64,000 nt of DNA. Origin: Phoronis australis. Taxonomy: Eukaryota > Animalia > Phoronida. Shown one piece after another: positions 50,658 through 62,315 of the stretch. The position numbers and the translations under genes were made by a program. Numbering within the stretch: the stretch's first letter is position 1; the number at the start of each line of letters is the position of its first letter. Location of the stretch: the NCBI GenBank assembly GCA_002633005.1, contig NMRA01000136.1, forward strand, positions 423,657 through 487,656, in the 5' to 3' direction. The notes under the pieces were generated by a model. It was given only the letters and a program-made list of their open reading frames with translations, was not told where the DNA came from and made no database searches.

Positions 50658-53600
50658 CCATCAATATCAATTGAAAGTCACCGTATGATGATGCCAATTT
50701 TTTGGAAATAGCATTCAGAAAGGAAAAGACACGACTTTCTGAACTTCTATACAGTTCCGTGTATTCCAACCTGAATTTAATCTAAGTTTTGTCGTTTCCA
50801 TTCCATTAAAATGAGCGTTATTTTGAAAAACGAAGCAGTGTGCAAAATTATCACCCTTTCCAGTCTAATGGCTTCTCGGTTATTTTCCTTGAAAAGGTTA
50901 GTATTTGTGCAGTTACATCTATACCGAAAGAAAAAAACTGAAAAACAAATTTTGAACAAGAGCAGCAATTCAGTTAAAAGTTGATCAGTTAGTGGGTGTG
51001 AGTGTATTTCGACACAACATACTCAATTCATTTGACAAAATGGTGAAACAAAACGTAACGATCAACATCCTACCTAGATAAACTATTTGTCACGAGAATT
51101 CCGGCAAATCGATTTAATTCGTGCTTTTGCCTAGAGCTATGACAGATGTCGCTAGCAGTCGACGAAGATGCCACTCCCGATGCTCGACCGGTGGCGCTTG
51201 CGCTGGCTCGGGGAGATTCTGAGCACTTTCTACTATTCACTACCACGCCGTTTTCTAAAACAGACGACAATTCTGTCACGGAGGCTGAACATGTATACGG
51301 TTTTTCAGTTAACGTTCCACTTAAGGAATTTTTATGTTAAACGCGATTTATTTCAAACAAAGGTAATATACCATACAAGTGTTATATGGGCAGTGCCCTT
51401 TTTGCAGTACGTTAAAATGAAGCTTTTACAAAATGGCGGCAAAATGAGCAAAATAGGTTGAAATTTGCATATTTATCTCTTAAGAGGAAAATACTGGAAT
51501 AACGTCTACAATAGAAACAGAAGCTATTATTTGCCATTTTCAGCATATCATTTTTGCACTTACAGGTTTTGGTGACTGTGTGAAAACAAAAAGGGCAGTT
51601 GATTCAGGCAAACTATTTTTCTTCATACAAAACACTTCTATTTTCCCTCGTCTCGATATTCATGGGGAGCTAAATTAACTTTTCATGTAAACACTTACTA
51701 ATACCATCGTCTCAGGCGGATGAACACAGTAATCTTGATTTTAACAACAATTCAATTTTCTTTACCATTACTCGTCAACAGCAAGTTTAGACCAAGTTAG
51801 GGCAAGAGCAAGAGAATTAGTGTGTTCTCCGTAGCCTTTCATGTTTTACTTGTCAAATGTGCTGTCGTTACAATTCATGTGGCGTTTTGTGGCCGAGAAC
51901 AGACAGCCTGTGTCAACACACAAAGTTTGAATTCTAAAATCAAATTGGTGACTAAGTCTTAAGTTACTTTGCGTTCCCAGGTGGTAGTTTATGTGCTTAC
52001 ATAATATACCTTCACATCATCCGTTGAGGTAAACGTCTCGACTCAGATTATTCAAAGCACACTCTCTGTCTAGTCATTGGTTTGCTATTCTTGAGAAAAA
52101 CATGGCGGAATGTTCATTGTTTTTGAATACTCTACACTGTCTCAACTGTCTCCGACTCCGACACTTTTAGAGTAGTAAATAAAGACAAAAGCAGTAGTCT
52201 TTCAATGCATGTCTCTGACAGTTGGCGATCGGTATTACCAGTGTGTGGGAAGGCTGGTCGGCTATTATAACAAAATTAGCGATAATGGAGACACACCTGT
52301 CACGTCGCTAAGGGATTTTCACGTGAACATCGTTTATCAAAAGTGTTTTTTAAATAACAGACAGTTTTTTCCTTGTCAAATAACTCAGTTTCACGCTTCC
52401 TCGTTCAGCCATACAACACAGCTTATCACCCAAGTTAGCATTGGCTATGATGAGGGGAACACAACGTTATCGAGTCATGCATCATCGTTTCCGGGACGTT
52501 TTCTGTCCAGAAGTCGTATGTGCGCCCACACAAACTTAGCCCCTATCATTTCTCGGAAATGTAAATACAATGGATAATATTACTGCCTAGGAATCGTCTT
52601 AACATTATACTTGGGCAACTGGCTGCGAGGCTGCGTTTCGTAGACGCAAAAATCTCGAGAGTCAAAGCTGGTTTTCGCGAAGTTGTCGTGGCTGTCTACG
52701 GGACACTATCCTTTGTACACTCAGTGGAACAGTAATGGCCAAGAGTGGTTTCTCGTTGAGGAACAGTAACGTAGTAACGTTGGAAAAATAGCATTCTGAC
52801 ACTCTGAATGGTTGATGTTGCGAATGAATTTAGTATACTGCTCCGCCTATTGAGAAGCGCCTTCGTGGCTTGTAGCTTCTGCAATCGTAGCAACAGATTG
52901 CAATAATTCTTATTTTACGATTCACGTAACTAAGACAAGGGGTCAAATAAAACTACAAATCGCTACCGGATCATGTGTTTACGGCAAACATCCAAACCGA
53001 GGCATACACACTGATGCCCACATACGGATGTCTGCGTGGCAGTCATCGTCCTTTCACAGGACTACAAAACTGGCAGAAACTTGGATATAGCTAAACAACA
53101 GCGTTTCTGCACTGTTTGATCTGACTCTGTAGAGAATAAAAAACACATTTTATTAGAGTGTCCAGTATGTGAAGATCTTAGGAGAAAGTTTGGTATTTGT
53201 GTTAATATTAATAACTTTTATGGTGATCTCTTCATTTAGTTGATGAAGTCTTGCAACGTTTGGAGCTTAGCTAATTTCATTCACCAAGTTTTTATTGTGG
53301 ATAGTTTATTTAATAGTCTGTATTATATCAACCACTTTTGTTAACTAAGCGCTTGTATTGCTGCCGGTACATGGGTCAGAGGCCTAAGTACTGAAATGAG
53401 TTGAGTTGCCAGTTGTACAGGTAGCGCTGTGTCAGAAGATATTAACAAGTGAAATAACATTTACTGACTCACACGCTAACCTTGTCTCGCGTCCAATCTC
53501 TTTCCGCTTCTTTAGTATGACGTCACTTTGACGTTAAGGACCCAGTCAAATGATATCAAAATGGCAAAATCAAAAACGATAATATCAGCTAGGCCTCAGT

Positions 53601-54398
53601 GAATCGGAAAAATCGAAGGCTTGGAAAATGATTTAAAATGTGCTATGACTGCATTTCTATTTAAATGCTATTTGTGTGTCGCAATCGCGTCATACATGTA
53701 ATTTTCTCAAATACGTCATCACTTTTCATCCGAATTAGCATTGAAGTCTGGTAAATTTACTTGACACCCATTTCTCCGTCGGTCAATCAAGGGGGGAATT
53801 CAACGGGTGTATTTAATCCAGCTGCACGTAAAACATGCTTTTGTAACCTTAACTGGTGTAACTTGAGTCATAATCCAGATGATAAACTCTGGCTGTGATC
53901 ACCAAGTCACTGGGTCAGAACAATTTGTTTCGATTTACAGTGCAAAGTACTGGGCTTCGGTTTCCATATCTCATTTAGGTTAGCTAAAATGGAACACTGC
54001 ACAATTGAAATCACCGATCGCAGTATCCGAATAAATGTTTGTCTCAAAACAGGAGAAATAAGAGACAATTCGAATTCTTGGAATACGCCTATAAACAAGA
54101 TCGAACCTTAGTAGACAAAATGTGACCAAATGGTCTGGTTTTCGAATAGTTCACCAGGCTGTGATGCAACTGGAAGCTGAGTGCGAGACGAAAGCCTACC
54201 AAACAATGGCACGTTTCATTATATCACATATTTAAATAAACCCATACCTGCAAAGTCTAATGACAGGAGAGGCCCAGTGAGGGTTTGATCGAGCTCAAGT
54301 CTGTCTGAAATCAGAATATCTATTCATTTATTTTAACGTCTATATAATGAGCAACTAGATAAATGTTTACCATGAAACCAAAGTGGTTACATATTTAA

Positions 54399-54723
54399 AG
54401 CTGCAGTTCGTCCTGTTCAAATGTCTAGAAATGAAAATCTAAGTGTCCCTTTTACTCTAATAACATACGTCTCATAATATTCCTTACCGATAAAGGATCC
54501 CATTTCCGTTAACAATTCGAACACCAAAACAACCAATGACTCCGATGAAGCATACGCTTCAGATTGAGGTTCGACAACCCTGGAATTGCGAATTAGAAAA
54601 TGACTTGAGTTGATAGCGGAAGTAGAATACTATCACGGTAAGGACTGTTACTAGACCGATTGTATGAGACTAAACGGCCTAATTCAATTCTCGTTTTAGT
54701 CCGCTAAACAGGGATATGCAACT
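54399..54723. mobile_element. Possible Kolobok-like non-autonomous element
   Basis: TTAA on both flanks. Termini AGCTGCAG...CCTGTT / AACAGG...TGCAACT form an imperfect TIR. Confidence 0.35.
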
Positions 54724-56299
54724 TTAAAATTTAACAAGCTTGTAAAATGGATCGATTGCAAAAACGCGAATCCGTTTGCTATGTGCGGGATTTACTACCT
54801 CGCGCTTAGACGAAGTAGATATTCTGTAGCGCATTCCGTAACGCAAGAACTCATGAGAAACTTGCAGCGAAAATTATTTGTTTATGGAACAGAAGAAGGG
54901 GATTACTCTCACAATTCATCATTCTGGCTTCGACACCGAATCATTTCATTGTCTGTCATTTTTGTATAGTAAGGTTTCGAACTTACTAGCAAAGCACCAG
55001 CACTCGCTTTTCAGTTACTTGAATTTGTATGATCTTGCCTACATGTGGCCCGCAAGAAACTTGCTCCATCTCAACGCACTCCTGGTAAAATAGTCTGGAT
55101 GTGTCAACTGGACTAGGGCACAAAACTTTATCTTTAAAAGTGATGTAATGTATTTTCGTCCATACTCATATTAGTTCATGGCTATCAAAGACAGTGGAGT
55201 ACACTTACTTTCTATATAACTCGCACATCTCCGCCGGCTAGTCGGACTTAGCACGGAGTAGTGCTTGTTATATTGATGGACGAATTCCCCAAAACTGATG
55301 CAGAGTGGAACTCCTGCAACAGAATATTTTGAGAACACTAAGTTCAGGGGTATGGCGGTCATAACTATTACACTGGTGACACCACGCACAAACGTTCATC
55401 AAAACTGCGATGTGTATCAATGCTATGCAGATAGACAAAACTGGCTGGCACGTGCTCACTTCGGAACAGAGATTCAGTGTGTGACAGTCTTTCTTCTTAC
55501 TATCTGTATATTCGAAATGTAGGTGTTTCATCTTCCCCTATACAGTAGAACGATTTCCAACAATCTTTTGACGACTCCCTCTATTCGTAATAAAGTCAAT
55601 TAAACAAAAATTTATTCACCATTGGACTTGTGTAAACTAGTTGAAAACATAACAGTTTTTACAAGCAAGTGAGTCATGTGTAGGATCTCTTTGCATCCGT
55701 TATTACTTCCGGTGTCTAAAAACATGCCAATTGATAAACTAAGAGGGCTCTAAATACGAGCAAAAGTGAGAAAAAAATCAAAAGTTTGCAATTTGAAAAC
55801 TTACAAATTAGCTGCATTTAGCGAAAGCTTTGAACAACGAAATTTTGATCGCAACACGAATATTTCGGTATATGTTTTCAATGGTTAAAGTGACGCTTGT
55901 GCTTAGAGACCCCGTTGACTATCACCATCTGTCATGCAAACGGTTGACATTAGCTTGTCAGTGTGACATGCCAGCCAGTCAGATACCAAGACTGAGTTCC
56001 ATAAACCAGAAGACACTAGCTTGCACTAGCGGCGAAAAATGTTCACTTATGTAACGGAAACTGTTTATTCAATCCCACTTCAACACTCCGACCTCACCGA
56101 CCAATCAGTGCAGTGACCGCTATTTTGTTAGCATAGGCTAGTAACCTCCCGAGCATTCTCGCGAAATACTCATTTTTCACTCGCGTGATTTCCAGGACCT
56201 TGCTAGTTCATTTTGTTTTTCTCGCAAGAAAGTAGATATTCGAAACGCTCTCCTCCATGTAGACTGTTGCATAAAACCGTGTATCACTGTTGTGATATT

Positions 56300-56454
56300 G
56301 GCTGCACTTGAATGACTTCGCCGGTAGGCCCTACCGCCTGGTCAACCGACTAGGGCATCTGATTGGTTCTTGATGACAATTTCCGGCTTTTAAACCAATT
56401 AAAAGTCGTAGTTGGCTGACCCGGCGGAACCGGCGAAGACATTCGAGTACAACC
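56300..56454. mobile_element. Palindromic MITE with 3-bp flanking duplication (Harbinger-like)
   Basis: Arms GGCTGCACTTGAATGACTTCGCCGGT / ACCGGCGAAGACATTCGAGTACAACC, with ATT on both sides. Confidence 0.65.
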
Positions 56455-57304
56455 ATTGTACATCTGGATGGTTACAAGAGACTGAATCACCATATTTGTT
56501 CTGTGCCAATGATGAAATATGTTATCCGCGCCACATACACGAGTTTATTAGCTAAACTCGAAAAGCCTATGGTGAACAAATTTACATAATTACCTAATGA
56601 GGGAGACAAAAATGAAACTCTCTACGCTAAAATATAAACATGCCAACTATCCAACTCTTAGCATACCATTTCTCAATAGCCTTTTCTTGATACGGCTCTT
56701 TTTTGATCTCGGCAAACCAAAAATTCGCTTGAAGATTGGCATTATGTTTTATTTCCTGAGTTAGCTGACCTTCCTTTCACGTGTAACTATCTCTCGTGAT
56801 TCCATGAGAGCCCAACTCGTGAAGCATTGTTGCAAGAACGATCCCTAGATGTGGAAGAATTGTCTTATTACGAGTAACGTAACAGTTAATAAGTAAGCCT
56901 ATTCCCATTGACATGAACAGATCATTCCAGTTCACCTCGGGCGCTTAACTTAAGTAAGATGCTTCGGAGTAGAGCCAAACTGAACACCTAGGGTGTTTTC
57001 GTAACCTCTGTTATCCCATCAGAGATGAAAGTTATCTGCGCATGTGCGAACTTCAGTCATACGAGCAATCATTCCCCAGCTTAGTCGAAAGTCACAAATA
57101 AGGTGGCACTCAACATTTTTTTGCTGGTTTGGGGCATGCAAAACCAGGTCGAGCCAGTTCCAATAGTCTGTTCCACAGGATGTACAAACCTGAAAATATG
57201 AAGAGTATAATCGGTCAAAGGATCAAAAACCTTGCACAAAGTCCATTGAAGCGAATTCAAATGTCAGTTTAGGGGGGTGACCATTCGCAACCCTTGAACA
57301 TTTT

Positions 57305-57772
57305 TTAAATATGCAAATTAAGGCCTCCATTATGCAAAATTCTGCTTATTATTTCCTTACTATGCACTGCAGGCAGATTATTTTGATTTCCCCTCTGAAT
57401 GAAAACATAGATCTGCCACTGAATATATCTAGAATTCAATTTTTGAGTTGTCTAGAATGAGCATTATTCGAGCTTAAGTTTCGACTGAACTAACTTCCGA
57501 TATTTTTTAAAGTTTTAACGAAAACGTATCGTAAAGAGTACTTTTAAAGCTGATGTAAACCGGCGTCAATTAAACTTTTGATTTACGTTATATAAATTAG
57601 GCTCAACGTTCCCCTTTTATTGCGTGAGTATTTCAGGTATTTGGGAGAAATAACTGTTTGTTATTGCTTGGGAGCATCATGGCCACATGATCTGACCCCA
57701 AAGCCAACGTCTTGAAGCTGTTCCGAACAATAAATAAACTAAATCAAGGGTTAGTTTTTGTCAGAAGGGTTT

Positions 57773-57810
<38 letters not shown>

Positions 57811-58742
57811 CAGTTTTAAAAGCAACGATGCACAGGACATTCATTTGTGCATTCACATCCTCACTTCACCGCTTGCTATAGTGGCCACTTTATCAGTCAT
57901 TCGCACGCTACTTCCTGTTGTCAATAATCACCAATTCGGTCCTCCCGTCCAAAAGCCAACTCAATTAGGGATAACTACAAGCTCCTCACACGCTACTGAT
58001 AACAGGATGGGTTCGGCAAGCTTNTTAAATATGCAGATTAAGGCCTCCATTATGCAAAATTCTGCTTATTATTTCCTTACTATGCACTGCAGGCAGATTA
58101 TTTTGATTTCCCCTCTGAATGAAAACATAGATCTGCCACTGAATATATCTAGAATTCAATTAAGATTGAAAATATTTTTGAGTTGTCTAGAATGAGCATT
58201 ATTCGATCTTAAGTTTCGACTGAACTAACTTCCGATATTTTTTAAAGTTTTAACGAAAACGTATCGTAAAGAGTACTTTTAAAGCTGATGTAAACCGGCG
58301 TCAATTAAACTCTTGATTTACGTTATATAAATTAGGCTCAACGTTCCCCTTTTTTTGCGTGAGTATTTCAGGTATTTGCGAGAAATAACTGTTTGTTATT
58401 GCTTGGGAGCATCATGGCCACATGATCTGACCCCAAAGCCAACGTCTTGAAGCTGTTCCGAACAATAAATAAACTAAATCAAGGGTTAGTTTTTGTCAGA
58501 AGGTTTTTTTTATATATATATATATAAAGCAGTTTTAAAAGCAACGATGCACAGGACATTCATTTGTGCATTCACATCCTCACTTCACCGCTTGCTATAG
58601 TGGCCACTTTATCAGTTATTCGCACGCTACTTCCTGTTGTCAGTAATTACCAATTCGGTCCTCCCGTCCAAAAGCCAACTCAATTAGGGATAACTACAAG
58701 CTCCTCACACACTACTGATAACAGGATGGGTTCGGCAAGCTT
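57305..58742. repeat. ~720-bp tandem duplication joined at a single N (probable haplotype/assembly artefact)
   Basis: Copy 1 at 57305-58023, N at 58024, copy 2 at 58025-58742. They differ by a few SNPs, a ~14-nt indel and (TA)n length. Confidence 0.9.
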
Positions 58743-58780
58743 CAACTATGATGCCATATCCCAGTTACAGCGTAATTCAC

Positions 58781-58839
58781 CATGGGCGGCGCAGCACTGA
58801 AGTAAATGGGGAGGGGGGGGCTATGGTGCGCCGCCCATG
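58781..58839. mobile_element. Tiny MITE/hairpin
   Basis: Perfect 13-bp arms CATGGGCGGCGCA / TGCGCCGCCCATG around a G-rich core. Confidence 0.55.
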
Positions 58840-60549
58840 AATTGATCGCAGTTTTATGTATGCATTAAGATTTAGTTAATATGATACAAATGCATGGGTA
58901 ATAGCATTTTGAGCAGTGTAATGTTCAAAGACCTGCATGTAATAATTTACTATTACACGAGAATGAACAAATAAAAACGAAGAAATCAACACAAACAAAA
59001 ATACAACTACTAGAGCTACGAGGGCGCTATGCACTTAAAATTCAAGTCAATAAATGTACGTGACGTGGATACAATATCAACAAAAATAGTCGAATCTGAG
59101 AGCTGGAGAAATTATTGCACTAAAATCTTTAGTAATTCAAAAAAATATGGATTTACTAACTTCACCACCCAGCGTGATTCAGTTTTGAGAAAAACTAAAT
59201 GCAAAGCTTTTTCATTAAAAATTTATAATTTTAGGGCAACAAGGTAGAGAAATGAAAAGAGACGTTTTGGTTAAAATATAGAGGAAGGCGGGATCAGCAT
59301 GTTAAACCATGTTATTTAACAAAATCCTGAATATGACTTGGATGAGGAGGCTAATTAAAAAAAATGTGTAAGGATGTTTGAAATAGAAAAACGCTTAGAA
59401 GGCGGAAAAGGACACTTAATGGTAATGAATACCATAAAAGCAAATGTAGTCATAATAACCTTTGTGGATATAAACATTGGACTATTGGTCGAGCCTAATA
59501 ATTAGGTAATGAGCAGAGAATGGTTGCGATGGACCGTCGTTTAGTACCGATAGAAGTAGACACGGGAATTGAAAAACACAAGATTGGACGAGCATGAACT
59601 ACTGATCTGACCTACACCGAAGTAGTAACGAAACATTTACTAAAATAGATACACGGCCAGGGCAATGTTTCATGGTCATAAACGAAGTTATGAGCTGCTG
59701 ACAAATTTAGGGAAATGGAAATTGGAGACAATTTTTGTATAATTAGTGTTTGTATATCTCAAGGAACGCTGATGCTTGAGGCGACATTCCTCTTCTATCC
59801 TTTGCATGTTATTGTAATTCCAGTTAAGGAAATTGTCGCCGACACTAACATCCTTCCTTTTTGAAATTAAAACTGTTGAATACTTCTACATAAATCATTA
59901 CACCATATACGCACTTGCCACCGTTTCGTACTCGAACAAAAGGCATCAACTGGAGGTGGCGTCTAGACCAGCAGATACCCGTTCGCGATGACTTGGTTGG
60001 CGGGCTTGAAAGCCCTTAGTGATACACTACTGGGGCTTATTAGGATGGGTGAGTAAATTGTACTGCTTGTGCAACGGGTAAATGTTTTGGGTCGTATATG
60101 CTTGTTCAGGAATTTCCTTTTTAGTTTCTGTTTCTGGTTCGGTAGTTTTGCAGACTTGATTAACCTTGAACGGTAACCTAGTCACATGAATTCAATCAAT
60201 TGCCACAATGTGCTATGAGCCCGTTTCATGATTTTTTTGCCTTCACTTAGGCTAACTTAAGGCCAAAATGTCTTAACCCAATTCTTAAGACGAAAATTAA
60301 TTAATGTAAGTGTATTAAACGGCTCCAAACGTTCAATTAATTATAATATATAAAATGTATAATTTTGGATGAATGCTTGACTAAATTATCCACAGCAAGT
60401 GTGAGGGATCCATACTCTAAAACCTGTGACCTTATAAGGTAGAAATCTTTTGAATCATTGAAATTATTTCCCTAAAGGCTTAACTAGTCAAGTATATAAC
60501 CTCTCTGGTTCATTTCCTTTATATGTTACTATTACACGCTGCTATTTTT

Positions 60550-60806
60550 CACGCGTGCACCCAGCTTAAAAATGGAGGGGCTCGAATTTTTGAGAATGTG
60601 GAGCTTTTACAAAAAAACGGGATACGTTCAGAGGTATGAATTGTACATTCGCCGAATTTTGTTATTTCCTGCCTTTTTAGTGGACTTTCTTCTCGTTTTC
60701 TACTTTTTCGGACTTTTTGTTTCTCTGAGGCGGACCTTTTTGCCCACTTCGCCAATAGGGGGGCTCGTTCGAGCCCCTCTTCTCCTCCCCATGGGTGCGG
60801 GCATGT
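60550..60806. mobile_element. MITE
   Basis: Imperfect TIR CACGCGTGCACCCA / TGGGTGCGGGCATG and internal GGGGCTCG/CGAGCCCC subterminal motifs. Confidence 0.5.
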
Positions 60807-61134
60807 TTTTCGCATTTTGTTAACACTACCTGTTTTTAGAATTTAATATGTTTTTAAACCAGTCAGGTACGTGAAATGATAATTACTTAACAATTAAATT
60901 ATTTACCTTTTGCTTCTGGTATAATCACCAATAACTGACAAAGGGCTTTCTAATGATTGTCGCTCTTATGCAATTCGATTGAAAAACGGATGAGTTGTGA
61001 AAAGTTTTAATGGAACAAATAACGTAGAAAATATATCTGAAACTAAATAAGGCGATCCAGATCCTCCCAAGGATACTATTGTTTCACGAAATGTATAATA
61101 TAAATAGGTAAATAAAACAACAAGAATGGGTCAA

Positions 61135-61172
61135 CTGAAACTTTCGGATGTAATAACGTTCTTTGTCAACAG
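61135..61172 (-). ncRNA. Minimal hammerhead ribozyme motif, copy in the inverted arm
   Basis: Minus strand CTG-TTGACAA-A-GAACGT-TATT-ACATCC-GAAA-GTTT-CAG; stem II has one extra mismatch. Confidence 0.55.
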
Positions 61173-62045
61173 AAACTGAAATAAAGTAAAATCAAACACT
61201 ATATGACAATTGACATTTAAGATATGGTGTAATGAATATGATACATTTTTGCGTAAAAAATTCAATGATATAATTTAAGAAGTTTTTATGTTCAATCCAT
61301 GAGTTTCTAGTGTATTGAGTTTGTCTATCCAATATTGTTCTCTTTTGAATCTGTGAGGGGTACTGGGGTGTTGGAGTTTTTCTATTATTTGTACAGAAAG
61401 ATCTCGAATAGTAAGTTTTTTGAATTGAAATGATTACCTATAGTATCAGAAATGTTTTTATATATTATGTTGAATCTATGATTACGAAACCGAGTTTGTA
61501 GATTATGTTGAGTTTGTCCTACCTACTGAATAGAACATTTTTACAAGTTATAAGGTAAATAATATTGTTGGTGGTGCAATCAGAATAATGTTTTATTTCA
61601 AAGTTTTCATTGGTTTGGAAAGACTGGAAAAAAGTGCTATCGTTGATAACAATATTATTTACCTTATAACTTGTAAAAAATGTTCTATCCAATACGTTGG
61701 ACAAACTCAACATAATCTACAAACTCGGTTTCATAATCACAGATTTAACATAATACATAAAAACATTTCTGATACCATAGGTGATCATTTCAATTCCAAA
61801 AACCACATTATTCAAGATCTTTCTGTACAAATAATAAAAAACTCCAACACCCCAGTACCCCTCACAGATTCAAAAAAGAACAATATTGGATAGACAAGCT
61901 CAATACACTAGAACCTCATGGATTGAACATAAAAACTTCTTAAATTATATCATTGAAATTTTTACGCAAAAATGTATCATATTCATTACACCATATCGTA
62001 AATGTCAATTGTCATATAGTGTTTGATTTTACTTTATTTTTGTTT

Positions 62046-62083
62046 CTGTTGACAAAGGACGTTATTACATCCGAAAATTTCAG
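62046..62083 (+). ncRNA. Minimal hammerhead ribozyme motif (U3-A8 variant) in the PLE 3' region
   Basis: CTG-TTGACAA-A-GGACGT-TATT-ACATCC-GAAA-ATTT-CAG: stem I CTG/CAG, core UUGACAA, stem II, GAAA and a palindromic mini stem III. Confidence 0.65.
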
Positions 62084-62187
62084 TTGATCCATTCTTGTTG
62101 TTTTATTTACCTATTTACAACGGAACAAAAGAATGCAAATAACTATCACGCATGCGAGGCGAGATCGGAGTTGGCATTCCAGGCGTG

Positions 62188-62315
62188 CGTTCAGTAACGC
62201 TAGGACCTAGCTGAAATCTAGCTAAAGTCACGTGTTCTCACTTAAAATACACAGCAATATCTCACGTAATCTCGCGAAGTCTTGCTTTTTAGCGAGGTCC
62301 TAGCGTTACTGAACG
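62188..62315. mobile_element. Hairpin MITE
   Basis: Perfect 21-bp arms CGTTCAGTAACGCTAGGACCT / AGGTCCTAGCGTTACTGAACG. Confidence 0.75.

Larger units (their letters stand above)
61101..62117. mobile_element. Penelope-like retroelement 3' fragment arranged as a ~470-bp-arm inverted repeat (GIY-YIG endonuclease pseudogene)
   Basis: Arms 61101-61569 and 61648-62117 are reverse complements with a 78-nt spacer. They encode NIIYLITCKKCSIQYVGQT...RFHNH...HF...H...EQYWIDKLNTLEPHGLN, the PLE GIY-YIG domain with CCHH residues. Both copies are frameshifted. Confidence 0.92.

Noticed and set aside
55171-55531. Overlapping short ORFs in a slightly coding-like segment
   Set aside because: No recognisable motif or consistent splice structure could be established.
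57845-58800. Duplicated ORFs MCIHILTSPLAIVATL...
   Set aside because: Non-ATG starts, no recognisable domain, one spans the N, and the duplication is likely artefactual.
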